This document shows, piece by piece, positions 12,013 to 24,700 of a DNA stretch of 64,000 bases. The notes beneath the pieces are model-generated. The model was not told where the DNA came from. It ran no database searches and saw nothing but the letters and a program-made list of their open reading frames with translations. Origin of the DNA: Squalus acanthias. Its lineage: Eukaryota. A program made the translations under genes and the position numbers. Each line of letters starts with the position of its first letter. The first letter of the stretch is position 1. The stretch lies in assembly GCA_030390025.1 (NCBI GenBank), contig CM059431.1, forward strand, positions 134,418,001 to 134,482,000. Reading direction: 5' to 3'.

Positions 12013-14559
12013 AATTTAGACTGGGATAGTAATAGTGTAAAGGGCAGAGAGAGGGAAGAATTACTGAAGTGTGTTCAGGAGAACTTCCTTGATCAGTACG
12101 TTTCTGGCCCAATGAGGAAGGAGGCATTGCTGGATCTGGTTCTGGGGAATGAGGTGTGTCAAGTGGAGCAAGTGTCAGTAGGGGAACATTTGGGGAACAG
12201 TGATCATAGTATCATAAGGTTCAGATTAGCTATGGAAAAGGACAGGGAGCAATCTAGAATAAAAATACTTAATTGGAGGAAGACCAATTTCAGTGGGTTG
12301 AGAATGGATCTGGCCCGGGTAAATTGGAATCAAAGATTGACAGGCAAAACTGTAATCGAACAACGGGCTGCCTTTAAAGAGGAGATGGTTCAGGTACAGT
12401 CGTACATTCCCACGAGGAGGAAAGGTAGGGCAACCAAAGCCAGAGCTCCCTGGATGACAAAAGAGATAGAGAGTAAGATGAAGCAGAAAAAGGAGGCATA
12501 TGACAGATGTCAGGTTGAGAATACAAGTGAGAACCAGCTAAATATACAAAGTTCAGAGGGGAAATAAAAAAGGAAATAAGAGGGGCAAAGAGAGGGTCTG
12601 AGAATAGATTGGCAGCTAACATAAGACGTAATCTAAAAGTCTTCTATATGCATATAAATATTAAATGGATAGTAAGAGGAGGGGTGGGGCCGATTAGGGA
12701 TCAAAATGGAGACCTACGCATGGAGGCAGAGGGCATGGCTGAGGTACTAAATGAGTACTTTGCATCTGTCTTTACCAAGGAAGAAGATGCTGCCAAAGTC
12801 ATGGTGAAAGAGGAGGTAGTTGAGATACTGAATGCGATAAAAATTGATAAGGAGGAGGTACTAGAAAGCTAGCTGTACTTAAAGTAGATAAGTCACCAGG
12901 GCCAGATGGGATGTATCCTAGGATGCTGAGGGAAGTAAAGGTGGAAATTGTGAGGTACTGGCCATAATCTTCCAATCCTCCTTTGATATGGGGGTTGTGC
13001 CAGAAGACTAGAGATTGCAAATGTTACACCCTTGTTCAAAAAAGGATCTAAGGATAAACCCAGCAATTATAGGCCAGTCAGTTTAACCTCGGAAGTGGGA
13101 AAGCTTTTAGCAAGTATAATCGAGTAAAAAATTAACAGTCACTTGGACAAGTGTGAATTAATTAAGGAAAGCCAGCATGGATTTGTTAAAGGCAAATTGT
13201 GTTTAACTAACTTGATTGAGTTTTTTGATGAGGTAACAGAGAGGGTTGATGAGGGCAATGCGGTTGACGTGGTGCACATGGACTTTCAAAAGGTGTTTGA
13301 TAAAGTGCCACATAATAGGCTTGCCAGCAAAGTTGAAGCCCATGGAATAAAAGGGACAGCAGCAGCATGGATACGAAATTGGCTCAGTGACAGGAAACAG
13401 AGTAGTGGTAAACGGTTATTTATCAGACTGGAGGAAGGTATACAGTGGTGTTCCCCAGGGGTTGGTACTAGGACCACTGCTTTTCTTGATATATATTAAT
13501 GACTTGGACTTGGACAGGGCACAATTTCAAAATTTGCAGATGACAAAAAATTTGGAAGTATAGTGAACAATGACGAGGGTAGTGATAGACTTCTAGAGGA
13601 CATAGACAGGCTGGTGGAATGGGCGGACACGTGGCAGATGAAATTTAACGCAGAAAAGTGCGAATTGATACATATTGGTAGGAAGAACGAGGAGAGGCAA
13701 TATAAACTAAAGGGTACAATTCTAAAGTGGGTGCATGAACAGAGAGACCTGGGAGGTGTATGTGCACAAATCATTGAAGGTGGCAGGGCAGGTTGAGATG
13801 GCGTTTAAAAAAAAGCATATGGGATCCTGGGATTCATAAAAAGAGGCATAGGGTACAAAAGTAAGGAAGTTATGATACATAGATACATAGAAGATAGGAG
13901 CAGGAGTAGGCCATCCGGCCCTTCGCGCCTGCTCCGCCATTTAATGAGATCATGGCTGATCCTCCAATTCAGCTAATTCAATTAATGATGAGCCTTTATA
14001 AAACACTGGTCCGACCTCAACTGGAGTATTGTGTCCAATTCTGGGCACGACACTTTAGAAAGGATGTGAAGGCCTTAGAGAGGGTGCAGAAAAGATTTAC
14101 AAGAATGGTTCCAGGAATGAGAGACTTCAGTTATGTGGATAGATTGGAGAAGCTGGGGTTGTTCTCCTTAAAGCAGAGAAAGTTGAGAGGAGATTTGATA
14201 GAGGTGTTCAAAATCATGACGGGTCTAGACAGAGTAGATAGAGAGAAACTGCTCCCATTGGCGGAAGGGTCAAGAACCAGAGAAGATGATTGGCAGAAGA
14301 ACCAAAGGTGACATGAGGAAAAACTTTTTTACACAGTGAGTGATTATGATCTGGAATGCACTGCCTGAGAGGGTGGTGGAGGCAGATTTAATCGTGGCTT
14401 TCAAAAGAGAATTGGGTAAGTATCTGAAGGAAAAACATTTTCAGGGCTACGGGGAAAGAGTGGGGGAATGGGACTAGCTGAAGTGCTCTTGCAGAGAGCT
14501 GGCATGGGCTCGACTGGCCTCCTTCTGGGCTGTAACCATTCTATGATTCTATAAGTTAA

Positions 14560-16752
14560 TACGGGATGCAAAGAGGTTACGAGAAAAGATTAGCAGGAGA
14601 TATTAAATTGAACCCTAACATGTTTTATAAAATACTTATAATGTGTAAGCGGTTTGCTAGGGAAAAAGTTGGGCCTATTAAGGATCCAAAGGGAAATCTT
14701 TCTGTGGAGGCAAAGGACATGGCAAAAGTATGAAATGAATATTTTGCATCTGTCTTCACAATGGAAATGGATGATGTGAAGGTTACACTAAGAGGAGAGA
14801 GAAGTTATGAACAAGATAATAATAAAGAACACATACTAAAAAGATTAGCATTACTGAAAGTTGGTATGTCACCTGGTCCAGATGGAATGCATCCTAGGTT
14901 GCTGAAAGAAGCAAAGGTAGAAATAGAAGAGGCATTGGTCACAATCTTTTGATCCTCATTGGAGGACTGGAGGGTTGGTAATGTTATACCACGATTCAAG
15001 AAAGGGAGGGATAGACCAGGAAACTACAGGCCAGTCAGCCTAACATCAGTGGTGGAGAAGTTATTGGAAACCATTATCAGAGACAAAATAAACCTTCATT
15101 TGGAAAGGCGTGGGTTAATCAAGGGGAGCCAGCAGGGATTTGTTAACGGTAAATTGTGTCTGACGAACTTGATTGAATTTGTTGACAAAGGTAACAGAGA
15201 ACGTTGATCAAGGTAGTGCAGTAGATGTTGTGTATATGGACTTTCGGAAGGCATTCAACAAAGTGCCACACAGGAGGCTTATTAAGAACATTGAAGCCCA
15301 TGGAATTAAGGAGAAAGTGGCGGAATGGATACAAAATTGGCCCAGGGACAGGAAGCAAAGGGTGGTGGTGAATGAATATGTTTCAGGTGGTTTGCAGTGG
15401 TGTTCCCCAAGGGTCAGTTTTGGGTCCATTACTCTTTGCAATTTTTATAAATGACCTAGACTCGGGTGTAGGAAGCAGCATTATAAAGTTTACAGATGAT
15501 ACGAAACTTAGCCAAGTAGGACATCATGATGAAGATAGTTATAGGCTTCAGGCTGACTTAGACAGGATGGTGAAATGGGCAGAAGCATGGCAAATGGCAT
15601 TCAAGTGTGAAGTGATGCACTTTGGGAGGACTAATATGACAGTAAATGGCATGATTTTGAAAAGCGTAGATGAGCAGAAAATCGTTGGTGTCCATATACA
15701 CAAGGTGGCAGGGCAAGTTGATAAGGTGGTCAAAAAAGCATATGGGTTACTTGGGTTTATAAATAGAGGAATAGAATATAAAAGCAAAGAGATCATGCTA
15801 GAACTTTATAAATCACTGGTTAGGCCTCAGCTGGAGTATTGTGGACAATTCTGGGCACCACATTTCAGGGAAGATGTAAAGGCCTTAGAAAGGGTACAGA
15901 GGAGGTTTACCAGGATGTTACCAGGGATGAGGGACTTCAGTTATGAGGAGAGGTTGGAAAAGTTTGGACTGTTCTCCTTGGAACAGAGAAGGTTAAGAGA
16001 AACATAGAAACATAGAAGATAGGAGCAGTAGGCCATTCGGCCCCTCGAGCCTGCTCCGCCATTCGATGAGATCATGGCTGATCATCCAAACTCAGTACCC
16101 TGTACCTGCCTTCTCCCCATATCCCTTGATACCTTTAGCTTTAAGAAATATATCAACTCATTCTTGAATCTATTTAATGGCTTGGCCTCAACTACCTTCT
16201 GTGGTAGAGAATTCCACAGGTTCACCACTCTCTGGGTGAAGAAATTCTTCCTCATTTCTGTCCTAAATGGCTTACCCCTTATCCTTAGATTATGACCCCT
16301 GGTTCTGGACTCAACGACCATCGGGAACATTCTTCCTGCATCTAGTTTGTCCAGACCTGTCAGAATTTTATGTTTCGATGAGATCCCCTCTCATTCTTCT
16401 ATACTCCAGCGAGTATAAGCCCAATCGACCCATCGAGGTTTTCAAGATGTCGAGAGGTTTTGATAGAATAAATAGGGAAAAAATATTCCCTCTGGTGAGT
16501 GGGTCAATAACTAAAGGTCATAGATTTAAAATCATTGGAAAAAGATCTAGAGGGGAGATGAGGAGCTGTTTTTTCATTCAGAGTTGTCGGGATCTGGAAC
16601 GCTCTACCTGAAAAGGTGGTGGAAGCTGATTCCATAATTTTAAAAGGGAGTTGGACAGGTGCTTGAGGATGAGGAACTTACAGGGGTACGGACAAAAAGT
16701 GGGGATGTGGGACTAAACATGACTGCTCTTTCAAAGTTTGTATGAATCTATT
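14560..16752 (+). mobile_element. Decayed 5'-truncated CR1 LINE (RT region and 3' end)
   Basis: SPGPDGMHPRLLKE, NYRPVSLTS, SGVPQGSVLGP, FTDDTKL, RPQLEYCGQFWAPH across frameshifted ORFs. Confidence 0.9.
15999..16431 (-). mobile_element. Antisense CR1 3' end nested in CR1
   Basis: ORF 16082-16330 (-) TRGHNLRI...FFTQRVVNLWNSLP; (AACATAGA)n tail at ~16000; host resumes with IEVFK at ~16432. Confidence 0.85.
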
Positions 16753-16936
16753 CTAGGAATTCAACCTGCTCTAAACCCATAATTTGTATCACTGCACCTT
16801 TGCTAGGGTGGGTGAATCTGACTTCTGATGAAATTTAGGGCAAAAATGGGGCATAAAACTGACGGATCCAATCCAAGTCACAAATTCTGACACAGGAGGC
16901 TGGAAAGTCAAGTCTGGAAGTGACAACAGACATTAC

Positions 16937-18636
16937 GGGGGGAATTTTTCAGGGGGTCAGCGGGCACAATCGATGGCGGGTTAGGTGGGATGTCAGGTCT
17001 GTCAGCGCTGAACAGACCCGACACCAAGCGGTGGGTGAGGCAATTTAGATCATTAAGGGATTGTTAAGAGGCACTTAAATACTATTTTAAGCTTACCTTT
17101 CAATTTTACGAGTTCCCCCATGGGCTATACGCTGCTTGGGGATCACGTCAGCTCAGCAGGTCGTGAGTGGATTCAGCACTGAATTATCTGATTACTTGAC
17201 AGCAGCAAAAGTGGTCTAAAAGCTCCCATCTCACAGCTGTTCACTTTCCAAGCTCAGAAACTGTTGCTTACTGCATTTGGAAGACAGGTTGAGCTTTCTG
17301 CAGCTTGCAAGTATTTGGAGCCAACTCTCTATCCAGTGTCACCTCATTGGAACAAGCTCTCTAGCCATTGACAGATTTGCTTCTGTCATCTCAAGTTCAC
17401 CTGCCATCTATTCCATCAGTATCGGTGCCCTTGAAACTATCTCACTCAGAATCCCACCATGCTGAGCCCCAGCACCAGCATCACCAGGCACACCAGCAGC
17501 ACCAACAACAACACAAACCTTCTCTGCAATCACCTGATGCTGCACAGGATAGAGGGCATCAGCACCCGACCACATTGCTGCCCGGGAGGCCAGGCATGGC
17601 CTCACCATGGCCAGATTTACTTCACTTGACGCTGTACACCCCTGCTGCCACATAATGCACCAGGTTGGTACCACCCCACACCAACATCATAAAGCAACCC
17701 AACAATGCCCAAGCCATTCCTTTCACACTCATCACCATTGTGGGAGGTACCGTTATGTCTCACCATTCACTGCAACTCACGAAGCCACTTCCAAAGGTGC
17801 ACACAAATCTGTCCAAGAACACAGTGCTGAAAATAAAGGTTTCAATGTTTGACACCACATTAGCAGAAACTTCACATGAACATTGGATAAAACACCCAAG
17901 TACCTACCCCTGTGTGTTGTTAGTTGGTATGATTGCATTAGGATGAGGGTGAGTGTGAGGGTGGCTAGTGAGATAGGGAAGTGATAATGTAGATAGAGAG
18001 GGATGGATGGAGGTGCAAGGTAAGTTGGTGTAAGGATGTGCAGGTGTAGGGTAGGGAAGGCAGAGTGATGGAGATGTGATGAGTGGCACAGCAGGATGAG
18101 GTTGAGTGTGGCTTTGCAGTAATGTTTCGTGATCTACTGAGATAATTGAAAGGTTTGCGCCACTGCAGCCTGGTCCTCCTGATGACATCAGCTTTTGCCC
18201 TCCTGTGCAATGTGCAACCAGGCTGCGTTGATGTCCTGGGGAGGTCCGCCCATTGGAAGGGAAAAGAACCTCCCTGCGTGCTGTGACTCCCTCTATAAGC
18301 ATATGGAGGGCGTCATGGGAGAACCTGGGTGCAGCCGTCCACCTTTGTGCAGTGCTTGTCAGTGTTTGCAGCACCTCAATGCTGCAGAACACTGACAGCA
18401 CAACTGTCAAAATCAATTTGCGCATGGTCCCTTTAAGGAAACTGACTGATGACGTGTCATGAAATGACGTCATCAGACCCGCTTCCATCAATTGGCCGGG
18501 AAACGCGCTGGGCGGGCTTAACAGGCCGAATCAGCGTAAAATCTTTTCACAGAGCGGGCTGGAGCCAGCAGCGGGGTCGCAGCCCCCCACCGACTCTGGC
18601 CGTCCCGGACCCGCCGAGCCAGGTGAAATCGTGGCC
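16937..18636. mobile_element. Non-autonomous PIF/Harbinger deletion derivative
   Basis: Myb/SANT remnant on the minus strand (AAPRFSHDALHMLIEGVTARREVLFP), transposase N- and C-terminal remnants on plus, terminus GAAATCGTGGCC; collinear in reverse with 40808-43254. Confidence 0.8.
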
Positions 18637-18774
18637 GATGATTTCAGCAGCAGAGGGTGAGGTAGGGACAGAAAGAAGCAAAATTACACAGGCGCAAACA
18701 TAGGCTGTCATGATGATTAACTGGATGACGGTTTCGAAGCTTAGCAGCAGATTGAGCAAGACACCCTGCACCCG

Positions 18775-21700
18775 ACCCCCATCTCTGCCCCCGCTCTCTC
18801 CCTAACCCCCATCTCTGCCCCCGCTCTCTCCCTAACCCATCTCTGCCCCCGCTCTCTCCCTAACCCCCATCTCTGCCCCCGCTCTCTCCCTAACCCATCT
18901 CTGCCTCCGCTCTCTCCCTAACCCCCATCTCTGCCCCCGCTCTCTCCCTAACCCCCATCTCTGCCCCCGCTCTCTCCCTAACCCATCTCTGCCCCCGCTC
19001 TCTCCCCAACCCATCTCTGCCCCCGCTCTCTCCCTAACCCCCATCTCTGCCCCCGCTCTCTCCCTAACCCATCTCTGCCCCCGCTCTCTCCCCAACCCAT
19101 CTCTGCCCCCGCTCTCTCCCAAACCCCATCTCTGCCCCCGCTCTCTCCCTAACCCCAATCTCTGCCCCCGCTCTCTCCCTAACCCCCATCTCTGCCCCCG
19201 CTCTCTCCCTAACCCCCATCACTGCCCCCGCTCTCTCCCTAACCCCAATCTCTGCCCCCGCTCTCTCCCTAACCCCCATCTCTGACCCCGCTCTCTCCCT
19301 AACCCCCATCTCTGCCCCCGCTCTCTCCCTAACCCCCATCTCTGCCCCCGCTCTCTCCCTAACCCATCTCTGCCCCCGCTCTCTCCCCAACCCATCTCTG
19401 CCCCCGCTCTCTCCCAAACCCCATCTCTGCCCCAGCTCTCTCCCTAACCCCAATCTCTGCCCCCGCTCTCTCCCTAACCCATCTCTGCCCCCGCTCTCTC
19501 CCAAACCCCATCTCTGCCCCCGCTCTCTCCCTAACCCATCTCTGCCCCCACTCTCTCCCCAACCCATCTCTGCCCCCGCTCTCTCCCTAACCCATCTCTG
19601 CCCCCGCTCTCTCCCTAACCCATCTCTGCCCCCGCTCTCTCCCTAACCCCAATCTCTGCCCCCGCTCTCTCCCTAACCCCCATCTCTGCCCCCGCTCTCT
19701 CCCTAACCCATCTCTGCCCCCGCTCTCTCCCTAACCCATCTCTGCCCCCGCTCTCTCCCTAACCCATCTCTGCCCCCGCTCTCTCCCTAACCCCCATCTC
19801 TGCCCCCGCTCTCTCCCTAACCCCCATCTCTGCCCCCGCTCTCTCCCTAACCCCCATCTCTGCCCCCGCTCTCTCCCCAACCCATCTCTGCCCCCGCTCT
19901 CTCCCCAACCCATCTCTGCCCCCGCTCTCTCCCTAACCCCCATCTCTGCCCCTGCTCCCTCCCTAACCCATCTCTGCCCCCGCTCTCTCCCTAACCCATC
20001 TCTGCCCCCGCTCTCTCCCTAACCCATCTCTGCCCCAGCTCTCTCCCTAACCCCCATCTCTGCCCCCGCTCTCTCCCAAACCCCAATCTCTGCCCCCGCT
20101 CTCTCCCAAACCCCAATCTCTGCCCCCGCTCTCTCCCAAACCCCATCTCTGCCCCCGCTCTCTCCCTCACCCCCATCTCTGCCCCCGCTCTCTCCCTAAC
20201 CCCCATCTCTGCCCCTGCTCCCTCCCTAACCCCCATCTCTGCCCCCGCTCTCTCCCTAACCCTCCATCTCTGCCCCCGCTCTCTCCCTAACCCCCATCTC
20301 TGCCCCCGCTCGCTCCCTAACCCCTATCTCTGCCCCCGCTCTCTCCCTAACCCATCTCTGCCCCCGCTCTCTCCCTAACCCATCTCTGCCCCCGCTCTCT
20401 ACCTAACCCCCATCTCTGCCCCCGCTCTCTCCCTAACCCCCATCTCTGCCCCTGCTCTCTCCCTAACCCATCTCTGCCCCCGCTCTCTCCCTAACCCATC
20501 TCTGCCCCCGCTCTATCCCTAACCCATCTCTGCCCCCGCTCTCTCCCTAACCCCAATCTCTGCCCCCGCTCTCTCCCTAACCCATCTCTGCCCCCGCTCT
20601 CTCCCTAACCCCCATCTCTGCCCCCGCTCTCTCCCTAACCCCCATCTCTGCCCCCGCTCTCTCCCTAACCCCCATCTCTGCCCCCGCTCTCTCCCTAACC
20701 CCCATCTCTGCCCCCGCTCTCTCCCTAACCCCCATCTCTGCCCCCGCTCTCTCCCCAACCCATCTCTGCCCCCGCTCTCTCCCCAACCCATCTCTGCCCC
20801 CGCTCTCTCCCTAACCCCCATCTCTGCCCCTGCTCCCTCCCTAACCCATCTCTGCCCCCGCTCTCTCCCTAACCCATCTCTGCCCCCGCTCTCTCCCTAA
20901 CCCATCTCTGCCCCAGCTCTCTCCCTAACCCCCATCTCTGCCCCCGCTCTCTCCCAAACCCCAATCTCTGCCCCCGCTCTCTCCCAAACCCCATCTCTGC
21001 CCCCGCTCTCTCCCTCACCCCCATCTCTGCCCCCGCTCTCTCCCTAACCCCCATCTCTGCCCCTGCTCCCTCCCTAACCCCCATCTCTGCCCCCGCTCTC
21101 TCCCTAACCCCCATCTCTGCCCCCGCTCTCTCCCCAACCCATCTCTGCCCCCGCTCTCTCCCTAACCCATCTCTGCCCCCGCTCTCTCCCTAACCCATCT
21201 CTGCCCCCGCTCTCTCCCTAACCCCAATCTCTGCCCCCGCTCTCTCCCTAACCCCCATCTCTGCCCCCGCTCTCTCCCTAACCCATCTCTGCCCCCGCTC
21301 TCTCCCTAACCCATCTCTGCCCCCGCTCTCTCCCTAACCCATCTCTGCCCCCGCTCTCTCCCTAACCCCCATCTCTGCCCCCGCTCTCTCCCTAACCCCC
21401 ATCTCTGCCCCCGCTCTCTCCCTAACCCCATCTCTGCCCCCGCTCTCTCCCCAACCCATCTCTGCCCCCGCTCTCTCCCCAACCCATCTCTGCCCCCGCT
21501 CTCTCCCTAACCCCCATCTCTGCCCCTGCTCCCTCCCTAACCCATCTCTGCCCCCGCTCTCTCCCTAACCCATCTCTGCCCCCGCTCTCTCCCTAACCCA
21601 TCTCTGCCCCAGCTCTCTCCCTAACCCCCATCTCTGCCCCCGCTCTCTCCCAAACCCCAATCTCTGCCCCCGCTCTCTCCCAAACCCCAATCTCTGCCCC

Positions 21701-24700
21701 CGCTCTCTCCCAAACCCCATCTCTGCCCCCGCTCTCTCCCTCACCCCCATCTCTGCCCCCGCTCTCTCCCTAACCCCCATCTCTGCCCCTGCTCCCTCCC
21801 TAACCCCCATCTCTGCCCCCGCTCTCTCCCTAACCCTCCATCTCTGCCCCCGCTCTCTCCCTAACCCCCATCTCTGCCCCCGCTCGCTCCCTAACCCCTA
21901 TCTCTGCCCCCGCTCTCTCCCTAACCCATCTCTGCCCCCGCTCTCTCCCTAACCCATCTCTGCCCCCGCTCTCTACCTAACCCCCATCTCTGCCCCCGCT
22001 CTCTCCCTAACCCCCATCTCTGCCCCTGCTCTCTCCCTAACCCATCTCTGCCCCCGCTCTCTCCCTAACCCATCTCTGCCCCCGCTCTATCCCTAACCCA
22101 TCTCTGCCCCCGCTCTCTCCCTAACCCCAATCTCTGCCCCCGCTCTCTCCCTAACCCATCTCTGCCCCCGCTCTCTCCCTAACCCCCATCTCTGCCCCCG
22201 CTCTCTCCCTAACCCCCATCTCTGCCCCCGCTCTCTCCCTAACCCCCATCTCTGCCCCCGCTCTCTCCCTAACCCCCATCTCTGCCCCCGCTCTCTCCCT
22301 AACCCCCATCTCTGCCCCCGCTCTCTCCCCAACCCATCTCTGCCCCCGCTCTCTCCCCAACCCATCTCTGCCCCCGCTCTCTCCCTAACCCCCATCTCTG
22401 CCCCTGCTCCCTCCCTAACCCATCTCTGCCCCCGCTCTCTCCCTAACCCATCTCTGCCCCCGCTCTCTCCCTAACCCATCTCTGCCCCAGCTCTCTCCCT
22501 AACCCCCATCTCTGCCCCCGCTCTCTCCCAAACCCCAATCTCTGCCCCCGCTCTCTCCCAAACCCCATCTCTGCCCCCGCTCTCTCCCTCACCCCCATCT
22601 CTGCCCCCGCTCTCTCCCTAACCCCCATCTCTGCCCCTGCTCCCTCCCTAACCCCCATCTCTGCCCCCGCTCTCTCCCTAACCCCCATCTCTGCCCCCGC
22701 TCTCTCCCTAACCCATCTCTGCCCCCGCTCTCTCCCTAACCCATCTCTGCCCCCGCTCTCTCCCCAACCCATCTCTGCCCCCGCTCTCTCCCAAACCCCC
22801 ATCTCTGACCCCGCTCTCTCCCTAACCCCCATCTCTGCCCCCGCTCTCTCCCTAACCCCCATCTCTGCCCCCGCTCTCTCCCTAACCCATCTCTGCCCCC
22901 GCTCTCTCCCTAACCCATCTCTGCCCCCGCTCTCTCCCTAACCCATCTCTGCCCCCGCTCTCTCCCTAACCCATCTCTGCCCCCACTCTCTCCCTAACCC
23001 ATCTCTGCCCCCGCTCTCTCCCCAACCCATCTCTGCCCCCGCTCTCTCCCAAACCCCCATCTCTGCCCCCGCTCTCTCCCAAACCCCAATCTCTGCCCCC
23101 GCTCTCTCCCAAACCCATCTCTGCCCCCGCTCTCTCCCAACCCATCTCTGCCCCGCTCTCTCCCCAACCCATCTCTGCCCCCGCTCTCTCCCTAACCCAT
23201 CTCTGCCCCCGCTCTCTCCCTAACCCCATCTCTGACCCCGCTCTCTCCCTAACCCCCATCTCTGCCCCCGCTCTCTCCCTAACCCCCATCTCTGCCCCCG
23301 CTCTCTCCCTAACCCATCTCTGCCCCCGCTCTCTCCCTAACCCATCTCTGCCCCCGCTCTCTCCCTAACCCATCTCTGCCCCCGCTCTCTCCCTAACCCC
23401 CATCTCTGCCCCCGCTCTCTCCCTAACCCCATCTCTGCCCCCGCTCTCTCCCTAACCCCCATCTCTGCCCCCGCTCTCTCCCCAACCCATCTCTGCCCCC
23501 GCTCTCTCCCCAACCCATCTCTGCCCCCGCTCTCTCCCTAACCCCATCTCTGCCCCTGCTCCCTCCCTAACCCATCTCTGCCCCCGCTCTCTCCCTAACC
23601 CCATCTCTGCCCCGCTCTCCTCCCTAACCCATCTCTGCCCCAGCTCTCTCCCTAACCCCCATCTCTGCCCCCGCTCTCTCCCAAACCCCAATCTCTGCCC
23701 CCGCTCTCTCCCAAACCCCATCTCTGCCCCCGCTCTCTCCCAAACCCCATCTCTGCCCCCGATCTCTCCCTCACCCCCATCTCTGCCCCCGCTCTCTCCC
23801 TAACCCCCATCTCTGCCCCCTGCTCCCTCCCTAACCCCCATCTCTGCCCCCGCTCTCTCCCTAACCCCCCATCTCTGCCCCCGCTCTCTCCCTAACCCCC
23901 ATCTCTGCCCCCGCTCTCTCCCTAACCCCTATCTCTGCCCCCGCTCTCTCCCTAACCCATCTCTGCCCCCGCTCTCTCCCTAACCCATCTCTGCCCCCAC
24001 TCTCTCCCTAACCCCCATCTCTGCCCCCGCTCTCTACCTAACCCCCATCTCTGCCCCCGCTCTCTCCCTAACCCCCATCTCTGCCCCTGCTCTCTCCCTA
24101 ACCCATCTCTGCCCCCGCTCTCTCCCTAACCCATCTCTGCCCCCGCTCTCTCCCTAACCCATCTCTGCCCCCGCTCTCTCCCCAACCCATCTCTGCCCCC
24201 GCTCTCTCCCAAACCCCCATCTCTGACCCCGCTCTCTCCCTAACCCCCATCTCTGCCCCCGCTCTCTCCCTAACCCCCATCTCTGCCCCCGCTCTCTCCC
24301 TAACCCATCTCTGCCCCCGCTCTCTCCCTAACCCATCTCTGCCCCCGCTCTCTCCCTAACCCATCTCTGCCCCCACTCTCTCCCTAACCCATCTCTGCCC
24401 CCGCTCTATCCCTAACCCATCTCTGCCCCCGCTCTCTCCCTAACCCCAATCTCTGCCCCCGCTCTCTCCCTAACCCCCATCTCTGCCCCCGCTCTCTCCC
24501 TAACTCCCATCTCTGCCCCCGCTCTCTCCCTAACCCCCATCTCTGCCCCCGCTCTCTCCCTAACCCCCATCTCTGCCCCCGCTCTCTCCCTAACCCCCAT
24601 CTCTGCCCCCGCTCTCTCCCTAACCCCCATCTCTGCCCCCGCTCTCTCCCCAACCCATCTCTGCCCCCGCTCTCTCCCCAACCCATCTCTGCCCCCGCTC

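Larger units (their letters stand above)
9930..14552 (+). mobile_element. Decayed CR1 LINE ORF2 (endonuclease + RT), near full length, preceded by a second fragment (9930-10380); three nested insertions
   Basis: APE motifs (CVNTRSMANK, METWL, YRPP, LLDLVL, SDH) and RT motifs (QHGFVKGK, DFQKVFDKVPH, FADD, RPQLEYCVQFW), many stops and frameshifts, CTATGATTCTAT tail at ~14540. Confidence 0.9.
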
